Origin: Macrostomum lignano
Lineage: Eukaryota
Length of the DNA stretch: 64,000 bases
Assembly: GCA_002269645.1 (NCBI GenBank)
Contig: NIVC01000297.1
Coordinates: forward strand, 62,001-126,000
Direction: 5' to 3'
Under the pieces are notes generated by a model. The model had not been told where the DNA came from and did not search any database. It worked only from the letters and a program-made list of their open reading frames with translations. Positions 20,325 through 31,400 of the stretch are shown one piece after another (the stretch's first letter is position 1; each line of letters opens with the position of its first letter). The translations under genes were made by a program, and so were the position numbers.

Positions 20325-21530
20325 TCACGCGGCGTCCTCCCCTCCTTCCCCGACCGGAGCTCCAGCCGCCGCCGCAGCTCTTCGGCGCACCTCCTGGCCG
20401 GTGGCGGGCTCGGCCTCTTCAGCAGCTTCAGCGTCAGCCGCCGCAGCGTCTCCGGATTCTCCGTTCACCTCGCCGGCGTCCGCGGCTTCGCCCGCCGCTG
20501 CTGCCGCGGGAGTCGAGGCTGCCGAAGACGACGAGTCCTCGCGGCCGGCCTCGCCGCCAGCCCCAGCCGCCGAAGTTGACGCAGCCGGCCGGAGGTCCGT
20601 CAGCGACTGCCACTGCGGCCGGCCGGGCTGCGGGGACGCCTCGCCAAGGGGCAGCACGGGCGGGTTGGGCAGCGGCTGCCTGGGCGAGTGCAGGTAGGCG
20701 CAGTAGGCGCAGCGCCAGGCCAGGTGCGGGAACTCCTCGGCCATCGCCATGCCGTTGTGGCTGCAGCAGCGCCGGCAGATCAGGGCGTAGCGGCGGTCGG
20801 CGCCGTCTCCGACCAGCAGGTCGATGATGCGGTCCATGGCGGAGCGGTCGCGGCTCAGCACAGGCCGCGGCAGCTGGGGCCGCGGTAGAGGCTGCTGCTG
20901 CTGCATCGGCGGCGGAGGCTGCTGCTGATTCGGCGCCGGCAACAGCTTGCGCAGCACGACTCCCTGCGGCGGCTGGGGCTGCGGCGCCGCTGGCTGCTGC
21001 TGCTGAGGCGGCGGTCGCTTGGCCAGCGATGACTTGGCGAAAAACTGGCCGGGCTTCACCGCGGCCGGAGCCTGCGGCTGCTGGAACTCGGCCTTGAACC
21101 GGTCCGGATCGAAGCGGTCCAGGATCTCCTTCGCCCGCTTGTAGGTCTCGGTGTCCATGACCCGGTCCAGCACCTTCCGCTTGTCCTCCCTCAGGCGGCT
21201 GGCCCGGGCCTCGCAGCCGGCCAGCGAGCGCACGAAAATCCACAGCAGGAAGCGGCGCAGCGCGTAAAACAGCGGCAGCACGAAGACGAAGGCGGCCACG
21301 TGCAGCAGCTGGGTGAGGCGGCTGGCCACGGGCGGGCAGTAGACATAGTACACTCCCAGGGCGCTGGGGTAGCCGATGAGGAAGGCGATGAGCAGGTAGC
21401 CCAGCAGGCGCTTCTGCAGGCGCAGCTGGTTCTGGCGCCAGGCCTCCAGGCGGTTGAGCTGGGCCTCGATGGACTCCAGCTCGGCCACAGAGTCCTTGGG
21501 CCGCCGAAAGTAGCTGAGCAGCAGGCCCAT
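20325..21530 (-). CDS. LNPK: ER junction formation protein Lunapark, single exon, 401 aa
   Basis: N-terminal MG myristoylation site, two TM helices, KVLDRVMDTETYKRAKEILDRFDP coiled coil, DRIIDLLVGDG..RYALICRRCCSHNGMA..CAYC C4 zinc finger. Confidence 0.95.
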   Translation of the reverse strand: MGLLLSYFRRPKDSVAELESIEAQLNRLEAWRQNQLRLQKRLLGYLLIAFLIGYPSALGVYYVYCPPVASRLTQLLHVAAFVFVLPLFYALRRFLLWIFVRSLAGCEARASRLREDKRKVLDRVMDTETYKRAKEILDRFDPDRFKAEFQQPQAPAAVKPGQFFAKSSLAKRPPPQQQQPAAPQPQPPQGVVLRKLLPAPNQQQPPPPMQQQQPLPRPQLPRPVLSRDRSAMDRIIDLLVGDGADRRYALICRRCCSHNGMAMAEEFPHLAWRCAYCAYLHSPRQPLPNPPVLPLGEASPQPGRPQWQSLTDLRPAASTSAAGAGGEAGREDSSSSAASTPAAAAAGEAADAGEVNGESGDAAAADAEAAEEAEPATGQEVRRRAAAAAGAPVGEGGEDAA

Positions 21531-21639
21531 GCTGCACTCACGGCTCTGCACTCACTGCGGCGGGTCGAAAGGGCGCGAATTCGAAATCTCAAGGCACCGA
21601 GTCTCAGGCATGAATGCAGCGGCAAGGTTTTCATTATGC

Positions 21640-22903
21640 CACCTGTATCACCAGTCTGAGTTACCTGTATCACTAACCTGAGTTACCTGTATCAATAACC
21701 ACCCTGAGTCACCTGTATCAATAACCACCCTGAGTCACCTGTATCAATAACCACCCTGAGTCACCTGTATCACTAGCCTGAGTCACCTGTATCACTAGCC
21801 TGAGTCACCTGTATCACCAGTCTGAGTCACCTGTATCACTAACCTGAGTTACCTGTATCACTAGCCTGAGTTACCTGTATCACTAACCTGAGTCACCTGT
21901 ATCAATAACCACCCTGAGTCACCTGTATCAATAACCACCCTGAGTCACCTGTATCACTAGCCTGAGTCACCTGTATCACCAGTCTGAGTCACCTGTATCA
22001 CTAACCTGAGTTACCTGTATCACTAGCCTGAGTTACCTGTATCACTAACCTGAGTCACCTGTATCAATAACCACCCTGAGTCACCTGTATCAATAACCAC
22101 CCTGAGTCACCTGTATCACTAGCCTGAGTCACCTGTATCACCAGTCTGAGTCACCTGTATCACTAGCCTGAGTTACCTGTATCACTAGTCTGAGTTACCT
22201 GTATCACTAGCCTGAGTTACCTGTATCACTAACCTGAGTCACCTGTATCAATAACCACCCTGAGTCACCTGTATCAATAACCACCCTGAGTCACCTGTAT
22301 CACCAGTCTGAGTCACCTGTATCACTAACCTGAGTTACCTGTATCACTAGCCTGAGTTACCTGTATCACTAACCTGAGTCACCTGTATCAATAACCACCC
22401 TGAGTCACCTGTATCAATAACCACCCTGAGTCACCTGTATCACTAGCCTGAGTCACCTGTATCACCAGTCTGAGTCACCTGTATCACTAGTCTGAGTTAC
22501 CTGTATCACTAGCCTGAGTTACCTGTATCACTAACCTGAGTCACCTGTATCAATAACCACCCTGAGTCACCTGTATCAATAACCACCCTGAGTCACCTGT
22601 ATCACCAGTCTGAGTCACCTGTATCACTAACCTGAGTTACCTGTATCACTAGCCTGAGTTACCTGTATCACTAACCTGAGTTACCTGTATCACTAGTCTG
22701 AGTTACCTGTATCACTAACCTGAGTTACCTGTATCACTAGCCTGAGTTACCTGTATCAATAACCTGAGTCACCTGTATCAATAACCAGCCTGAGTCACCT
22801 GTATCACTAGCCTGAGTCACCTATATCACCAGCCTGAGTCACCTGTATCACTAGTCTGAGTCACCTAGATCACTAGCCTGAGTCACCTGTATCACCAGCC
22901 TGT
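21640..22903. repeat. 22/24-bp compound minisatellite (cctgagt[c/t]acctgtatcactag / ...aataaccac) with higher-order blocks
   Basis: Direct tandem units over about 1.26 kb. Confidence 0.93.
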
Positions 22904-23399
22904 GCTATCTGGTTATAGGTAATATATTTACAAACACATTCAAGTGGCCACTCAGCATTTTCCCTTTTAATGATGCAACACACAAGTACCATGGCTTCAG
23001 ACTACATAATTCAGACCCAAGGACTTCTGAAGCGAAAACCTGGTCGAAAAGCCAAGCTATGCTGATGCACCAGCCTGGTTTTCCCAGCACGTTTCCTTTA
23101 AACCCAGAGTTGTCAAATTCTTGAGACTGCGCATTGAAGCGATGCAAGTTATTAGCGCTGTAGCAATGAAATATGACGCACCTCACGTTTAATATATATA
23201 TATTTTTGGCATGGTGAAAGTCCCTAAACACAAATTAAAGTGTTCGTGCTGCATAGATAAAAGCAGTATTAGCTAAATGAGCTCTAGTTTAATCAGCACA
23301 AAGATACTCGAATACTTCAGTAGGGTTTTCGCCTAACACAGACATTGCACAGTGCTGCAATCACCGCGGAACTTAAAAGCAAATAATTCAAACATTCGG

Positions 23400-23663
23400 T
23401 CATTCGAACGAGTCATCGAAGCGGTACGCGTCCTCAAGGAAGTCCTTCTTGGCGTAGCCGAAGGCGGCCTTCTGCACGGCCGGGCGCATCGCCGTGTTGA
23501 TGAGATAGACGGCGAAGGCGGCGATGAGCAGCATGGCCAGCAGCAGCTGCACCAGCAGTTCGAACCGCTGGCCAATGCTGGCTGAGGCAAACAAAGACCT
23601 GCCGGCTGCGGGAGTGACGCTGCTGAATGGCAGCAGCCAGGAGTCGGCGGCGGAGGTCGCCAT
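23400..23663 (-). CDS. 87-aa single-pass membrane microprotein, unknown family
   Basis: Nearly all third positions G/C over 23400-23580; hydrophobic LLVQLLLAMLLIAAFAVYLI segment; acidic/aromatic tail DFLEDAYRFDDSFE. Confidence 0.7.
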   Translation of the reverse strand: MATSAADSWLLPFSSVTPAAGRSLFASASIGQRFELLVQLLLAMLLIAAFAVYLINTAMRPAVQKAAFGYAKKDFLEDAYRFDDSFE

Positions 23664-23904
23664 CCTTTGCGCTGGTCAGCCTGACTGAGCTCAGAGTTGC
23701 TCAAAGTTTGTGAGCAGCAGAGAATATCGAGCGCTCTGGTGAGCAGCAAATGGATGCGCGTGGCGCTGATTGCAGCGCCTGGCGCTTGTGGCCATAGACA
23801 ACAGCTCAGCGGGGAGAACTTGCGGCTGGGGGCTGCCCTAGTGGCTTCCCCAGGCTAAATATAGATTGGGGCGGCCGCCTACGCTCGAGGCACAAATTAT
23901 CACA

Positions 23905-24400
23905 CAGTGTGCTGTTGGAGTCCTTAATCCCAGGCCAGATTAGCACCCAGTGTGCTGTTGGAGTCCTTAATCCCAGGCCAGATTAGCACCCAGTGTGCTG
24001 TTGAAGTCCTTAATCCCAGGCCAGATTAGCATCCAGTGTGCTGCTGGAGTCCTTAATCCCAGGCCAGATTAGCACCCAGTGTGCTGTTGGAGTCCTTAAC
24101 CCCAGGCCAGATTAGCACCCAGTGTGCTGTTGGAGTCCTTAATCCCAGGCCAGATTAGCATCCAGTGTGCTGTTGGAGTCCTTAATCCCAGGCCAGATTA
24201 GCATCCAGTGTGCTGTTGGAGTCCTTAATCCCAGGCCAGATTAACATCCAGTGTGCTGTTGGAGTCCTTAATCCCAGGCCAGATTAGCATCCAGTGTGCT
24301 GCTGGAGTCCTTAATCCCAGGCCAGATTAGCATCCAGTGTGCTGTTGGAGTCCTTAATCCCAGGCCAGATTAGCATCCAGTGTGCTGTTGGAGTCCTTAA
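23905..24400. repeat. 43-bp minisatellite (ccagtgtgctgttggagtccttaatcccaggccagattagca[c/t])
   Basis: tagcac at 23941 and 23984; about 11.5 units. Confidence 0.93.
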
Positions 24401-25084
24401 TTCGCAAACTCTCAGACCACAAGTAGCGACTCAAGCCAAGATTTTGAGAACATGAATAAACAATTCAAATAAGGTCAAATTATTTAGCCAGGAAAAAAGC
24501 AACATACTCGAAAGCCAAAGCACTACTCATAGTAGTACACAGTGAGCGCTGAGGATTTCAGCACCAGAACAGACAGAACAAGCAACTACCCAACTACACA
24601 GAAATGCCTAAACAGTCTGCATCGCTAGCAAAAATGAAATATAAAATAACAAAATTTTTAAACGCCCACAAGTAAGTCTCCCAATAGCTGTGGGATTTAA
24701 ATCCCAAATTTTATTGAATTACTAATTAGCAGAATAAACAAGAATTCGCGGAATCCAGACAAAAACTTATTCGACAGAATGAAACAAAGAGCAGAACAAA
24801 GAGCCAATCTGAGGCAACATCGGGCCACCCGTCACCCAGCAAAAGCATCTGGACACAGCAAATATGACACGACGATACAGTAACAAAGACCAGACAGAGA
24901 GTTGGGGGCAGCGCACCGAGAGCGAATGCGTGGCTGCTTACAGAAACTGCGCCGGTTGAAGCGCAAGAGAAAAACAAAACGGCAGGAAACACAAAACAGC
25001 GGGGAGTTTGATAGGAATGAGGACCGCACTCACACTGCTCACCCCGTTTGGCTGGCTTGCAATCTTTGCTCACTTCCGCCACTG

Positions 25085-25490
25085 GGAGATGAACCAGGGG
25101 TGGAAGATGGAGCTGGGGTGGAAGATGGAGCTGAGGTGGGAGATGGAGCTGAGGTGGGATATGGAGCTGGGGTGGGAGATGGAGCTGGGGTGGGAGATAG
25201 AGCTGGGGTGGGAGATGGAGCTGGGGTGGGAGATAGAGCTGGGGTGGGAGATGGAGCTGGGGTGTGAGATGGAGCTGAGGTGGGAGATGGAGCTGAGGTG
25301 GGAGATGGAGCTGAGGTGGGAGATGGAGCTGAGGTGGGAGATGGAGCTGGGGTGGGAGATGGAGCTGAGGTGGGAGATGGAGCTGAGGTGGGAGATGGAG
25401 CTGAGGTGGGAGATGGAGCTGAGGTGGGAGATGGAGCTGGGGTGGGAGATGGAGCTGGGGAGGGAGATGGACCTGGGGTGTGGGAGATGG
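25085..25490. repeat. 18-bp minisatellite (ggagatggagctg[a/g]ggtg) downstream of SEC11
   Basis: 6-aa periodicity WEMELR in overlapping ORF. Confidence 0.92.
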
Positions 25491-25621
25491 ACCTGGTTAG
25501 ATGGATCTAACAGCTGGGGACTGGGCTATGATCCCATGGGTTTACAGATGGAAACGGCAAACTTAGAAGAGGACTAAATGACAATAAAAGTGCAGCTGAG
25601 AGACAGCGCACAGTTCCAATC

Positions 25622-26700
25622 TCAGGCCTCCCTGTTGAGAAGCACGAATATGCCCAGCAGGCCGAGCACGGCGTACTTGAACTTGGGATAGTCGTTCATG
25701 ACGATGGTCACCATGCCAATGTACGGCACGAAGCCCTTGGCCCGGCCGATTACGTCGCCCTTCTCCAGCCACAGCTGGCCCGGCGCGTACAGCCCGCGGT
25801 CGTCAATGGCGTTGTTGTCGCCTTTGGTGAGGAACTTCACGTAGCCGTCATCGCGCTCGTGCACCTGGGCCGGATGGGAGCGGCGAGTCAGCCGGTTAGC
25901 GATGCGGCAGTGGCGGGTGAGCGAGAGCGGAAGCAGGAATTGTGAGCGGGGATGGGGAGAGGGATGGGGAGCGGGGATGGGGAGCGGGGATGGGGAGCGG
26001 GGATGGTAAGTGGGGATGGGGAGCAGGGATGGGGAGCAGAGATGGGGCGCGGGGATAGGGAGCAGTAATGGGGAGCGGGGATGGGGAGTAGGGATGGGGA
26101 GCGGGGATGGGGAGCGGGGATGGGGAGCGAGGATGGCAAGTGGGGATGGGGAGCGGGGATGGGGAGCGGAGATGGGAGCGGGGATGGGGAGCGGGGATGG
26201 GGAACGGGGATGGGGAGCGGGGATGGCAAGTGGGGATGGGGAGCGGGGATGGGGAGCGGGGATGGGGAGCGGGGATGGGGAGCGGGGATGGGGAGCGGGG
26301 ATGGCAAGTGGGGATGGGGAGCGGGGATGGGGAGCGGGGATGGGGAGCGGGGATCAAGCAGCCAATCAAGAGCTCAGCAATCGGCAGGGCGCACCTGCAG
26401 CACCCGGTGCACAATGGGGATGTCGCGGCCCTTGATGCGGAACACGGCAATGTCGCCGGCCCGGATGGGGTCCTCCAGGTCGTTGGTGAGGAACAGGAGG
26501 TCGCCGCGGTAGAAGCCGGGCTCCATGGATCCGGAGAGCACCACCACAACTGGCGACTCGCTGCCCGTGGCCACGATGAGGCCCTTCCAGATCATGAGGG
26601 CGGAGGACACGATCATGCCGAAGCTGAGGAACTGGTAGAACACCTGGCGCTTGTTCATGCGCTTCAGGTCCGACAGGAAGCTGATGTCTAGCAGGCCCAT
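25622..26700 (-). CDS. SEC11: Signal peptidase complex catalytic subunit SEC11; exons 26700-26395 and 25864-25622; 182 aa
   Basis: [15 protein letters not shown] (catalytic Ser), IPIVHRV (His), [15 protein letters not shown] (Asp); phase-0 GT..AG intron. Confidence 0.97.
25945..26353. repeat. 12-bp-based minisatellite (gggatggggagc) filling the SEC11 intron
   Basis: Direct tandem units with periodic gcaagtg variants. Confidence 0.9.
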
Positions 26701-26751
26701 GGTCTGAAGGGGCGACGGGATGCCATGTTGCCAAGGTTGATATCAATGATG

Positions 26752-27057
26752 CCATCGGGATCTGAACCCGTCACCCAGACTGAATGGGGATCTGAACCCA
26801 TCACCTAGACTGAATGGGGATCTGGGATCTGAACCTGTCACCCAGACTGAACCGGTCACCCAGACTGAACCGGTCACCCAGACTGAATGGGGATCTGAAC
26901 CCATCACCCAGACTGAATGGGGATCTGAACCCGTCACCCAGACTGAATGGGGATCTGAACCCGTCACCCAGACTGAATGGGGATCTGAACCCGTCACCCA
27001 GACTGAATGGGGATCTGAACCCGTCACCCAGACTGAATGGGGATCTGAACCCATCAC
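26752..27057. repeat. 30-bp minisatellite (gactgaatggggatctgaacccgtcaccca) upstream of the SEC11 start
   Basis: 10-aa periodicity TGSDPHSVWV. Confidence 0.92.
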
Positions 27058-27724
27058 TAAAATCCCAGCTCAGTGACTCTCTTTAAATACCGGTTTTCAT
27101 AAAACAAAAATGCAACTTTTGATATGAAATATTTATCAGCTGTCTCCTATTGGACAGTGCAATAAAAATTATTTGAATTTAATAAATAACATTTCCTAAA
27201 CACAATGGGTAAACATCAGAACTATGAATGATCAATATGTTGATACAGTAGGAATCACGAACATTGAGCACGAGTACATGTACAGCTCAGGTTAGCTCAG
27301 ATCAAGTGTTGAATATGGCAGTTAATCTGTATAATAAAATCAGGCAGTGCACCTGTACTGTACAACACAAACAGGCAATGCGATCAAGGATACTGTTCTA
27401 GGCAATCGCGCGCAAATAGGAATAATTAAAATCTTCTGGCACTACTGCGAGTAGCAGCAGGTTTAGCAAAAAGTTCTAGTGGCCGACAACAGTGCTGAAT
27501 GGGGCTCATTATCGGTGCGGACACTGGGATAAATTTAAAATCAGATAAGCGACTTGATTGGGGCAACACATCAGGCATTAAATGACTGCATGACGATATT
27601 ATGCATGAGTAAACATAGCACTGCGCCTCGATCAAATACACTTTGAAACGGCTTAAGGAAATTTTAAGCACTTGGTTATTTACGTAAGCCTAGCTCAGCT
27701 CCAGTCATTCGAGTAAGCTAGAAA

Positions 27725-28322
27725 TCTACTTCCGGTCATTCAGCTAATTCATATCTCACTTCCGGTCATTCAGCTAGCCAGTATCTCACTTCCGGTCATT
27801 CAGGTAGCCAGTATCTCATTTCACTTCCGGTCATTCAGGTAGCCAGTATCTCATCTCACTTCCGGTCATTCAGGTAGCCAGTATCTCACTTCCGGTCATT
27901 CAGGTAGCCAGTATCTCACTTCCGGTCATTCGGATAGCCAGTATCTTACTTCCGGTCATTCAGATAGCCAGTATCTCACTTCCGGTCATTCAGGTAGCCA
28001 GTATCTCACTTCCGGTCATTCAGCTAGCCAGTATTTCACTTCCGGTCATTCAGATAGCCAGTATCTTACTTCCGGTGATTCAGATAGCCAGTATCTTACT
28101 TCCGGTGATTCAGATAGCCAGTATCTCACTTCCGGTCATTCAGATAGCGAGCATCTCACTTCCAGTCATTCAGGTAGCCAGTGTCTCACTTCCGGTGATT
28201 CAGATAGCGAGCATCTCACTTCCGGTTATTCAGATAGCCAGTATCTCGCTTCCGGTCATTTATGTAGCCAGTATCTAACTTCCGGTCATTCAGAAAGCTA
28301 ATAAGAAACAACTTCCGGTCAC
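27725..28322. repeat. 30-bp minisatellite (cacttccggtcattcagatagccagtatct) between VPS16 and SEC11
   Basis: About 19 units, nearly all with CTTCCGG. Confidence 0.92.
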
Positions 28323-28467
28323 AAAGAAACCTAGTAGTAAATAACTCCTGGTTATTCCAAAGGCTCTAACATTCAATAAAATTCTATAATGCTATATCTG
28401 TCTCAGCATCCCGCTTCATCCCAAACGTGGAGACGTCACCACACAAAAGTACAGAAGATCTCGCAGC

Positions 28468-31400
28468 TTAGACGCCGCCGCCCCCAGCCGCCATGGTTTG
28501 GTGCAGAGCGCGCAGCCGCTGAGCGGCCTCTCGGACAACCGGCTGTCCGGGCTGCCTGACTTCCTCCCTGGCCAGGTGCCGGCGCAGGTACTCCAGGTGA
28601 TAGGCGGCGTCGGTCTTCAACCCGCTGGCGAAGTCGATGGCCTCGGCGTAGCGGCGCAGGCGGCACAGGCAGCGAACGCGCTGCTCCCGCTCGACTCGGG
28701 GCAGCAGAGCGACCGCCTCAGCCTCGTTGCCGGCGTCCAGACAGGCGTTGACGAAAGGCGCGTAGCCGATGGGCGATTTGCGCTCCGATAGGCGGCGAAG
28801 CTCGGTGAAGCGGCCGGACTTGGCCAGGGCAGTCACCTGCGGTTGAGGGGGGGGGGCGGAGACTTAGTTCAAATTAACGGGCCACCATTGGCATAAGAAC
28901 TTTCAGACTGCTGAAAAAACTGGACACTGCTCAGAGTCAACTCGGACACAGCTTATAGATAACTCGGACACAGCTTATAGATAACTCGGACACAGCTTAT
29001 AGATAACTCGGACACTGCTTAGAGTCAACTCGAATACTGCCTAGAAACAACTCAGACACTGATCAAACACAACTCGGACACTGATCGAATACAACTCAGA
29101 CACTGCTCAGGGGTAACTCGGACACTGATCGAATACAACTCAGACACTGCTCAGGGGTAACTCGGACACTGATCCAACACAACTCGGACACTGCTCAGGG
29201 GTAACTCGGACACTGATCCAACACAACTCGGACACTGCTCAGGGGTACCTCGGACACTGATCGAATACAACTCAGACCCTGGTCAGAGGTAACTCGGACA
29301 CTGATCGAATACAACTCGGACACTGCTCAGAGGTAACTCGGACACTGGTCGAGACAACTGAAACACTGTCCAAGGACAACTCGGACACTGCCCAGAGACC
29401 CATAGCCAAAAGGAATATAAAAGTCTAAAAAGTTAAATTTACCTGTAGCTGCCACCACCGCTTTTCCGGCACCTCGAATTCACGCCTCAGCGATTCGGCC
29501 AGTTTCTCGCTTCCGTTGCCTAGCAACCTGGCCAGAGTGGCGTGCAGCGAGAGCCCGGCAAATTGCTGAGCGCTGAGATCCCGCTCCAGTTTCCTCTGCC
29601 GCTCCAGCAGCTGCGCGGCCAGCTGGCACTCCTTGGCCAGAACGGGCAGGCCGGCTTCAGTGAAGCGGCTGGCCGCCAACCCCAGCAGCTCCTGTCGTCG
29701 GGCCGCCTCGGTAGCGTCGAACGCGCGACGCAGCTCGAGCGCCGCCAGATCGGAACGCCGGTCCTCTTGGTCCAGCAGAGCGGCCGGGTCGCTGGCACAG
29801 TAGGCCTGCTGGTACAGCGCCATGGCAACCGGCTGTTTGCGCATGATGCCGGCCAAGTCCAGTTCGGACCGCATGTTGTGCAGCTTCAGCAGCACCTGCG
29901 AGGCGAGGGAGGCAGTGAGATGACTGTACACAGTACTGACACATTTTACACAGTACTGACACTGTACACAACACTCACACTGTACACAGTACTCACACTG
30001 TACACAGTACTGACACTGTACACAACACTCACACTGTACACAGTACTCACACTGTACACAGTACTGACACTGTACACAACACTCACACTGTACACACTAC
30101 TGACACTGTACACAACACTCGCACTGTACACAGTACTGACACTGTACACAGTACTCACACAGTACACAGTACTCACACTGTACACAACACTCACACTGTA
30201 CACAGTATTCACACTGTACACAGTACTGACACTGTATACAACACTCACACTGTACACAGTATTCACACTGTACACAGTACTGACACTGTACACAACACTC
30301 ACACTGTACACAGTACTCACACTGTACACAGTACTCACACAGTACACAGTACTCACACTGTACACAGTACTGATAATGTACACAACACTCACACTGTACA
30401 CAGTACTCACACTGTACACAGTACTGATAATGTACACAACACTCACACTGTACACAGTACTCACACTGTACACAGTACTCACACTGTACACAGTACTCAC
30501 ACTGTACACAGTACTCACAATGTACACAGTACTGAGACACTGTATACCGTACTGACACTGTACACAGTACTGACACACTGTACACAGTACTGACACACTG
30601 TACACAGTACTGACACACTGTACACAGCACTGACACACTGTACACAGCACTGACACACTACACAGCACAGATTTTGCAGTGACAGACACTGTAATAACAG
30701 ACACTATAATGGAAGAAATGCACTGACAGACACTGCAATAACAGACACTGTACAGAGGATCGCAAACCTGCTGAATGAGATCTGTATCGCCAGACTTGAC
30801 CGCCTTCTCCAGCGCTTTGCCGTGACTGCCCAGCGCCAGCAGCTGCTCCACCTGGTCCTGCGAGCGGGTCTCAAAGTCCAGCAGCCGCCTGGCCAGCCCA
30901 GGCCGGTTCAGACGGGCCGCCTTGCCGGCCAGCCGGGCATAGTTGACGCCCGGCCGCTGTCCGACAAACTTGACAATGTCCGCCACCAGCGCATCGCTCG
31001 CCTGGGCGTCCTCGCGACTTTCGCCGATGTCGACGCCGGCGCCGACCAGAGGCGGCAGGGTGTCGATCTGCCACTCGGCCCAGTGCATCATGACGCGGGC
31101 CTGGCCGTCAGACTCGGACAGGCGCAGCAGCTCGCAGGCCCGGAACGCGAACTCGTGAAGCCGCCGGTTCAACAGACGGTCGATGAGGACGCCGAGGCCC
31201 AGGCGACTGAACTGCGCGTGCGTCAGCGGCAGCCCGATGGACTCGTTGAAGCGCAGGTTGTTCAGCAGGCGCAGCTGCTGGCACAGCTCGTCCGTGCGGT
31301 GCTCCCTGCGGAGTTGACGGTGGATTTTGAATGTTAGACCGACTGATTAGTCAATGACCCCGGACAACCCCAGCCAGTGACCCCCAACAATCCCAGCTAG

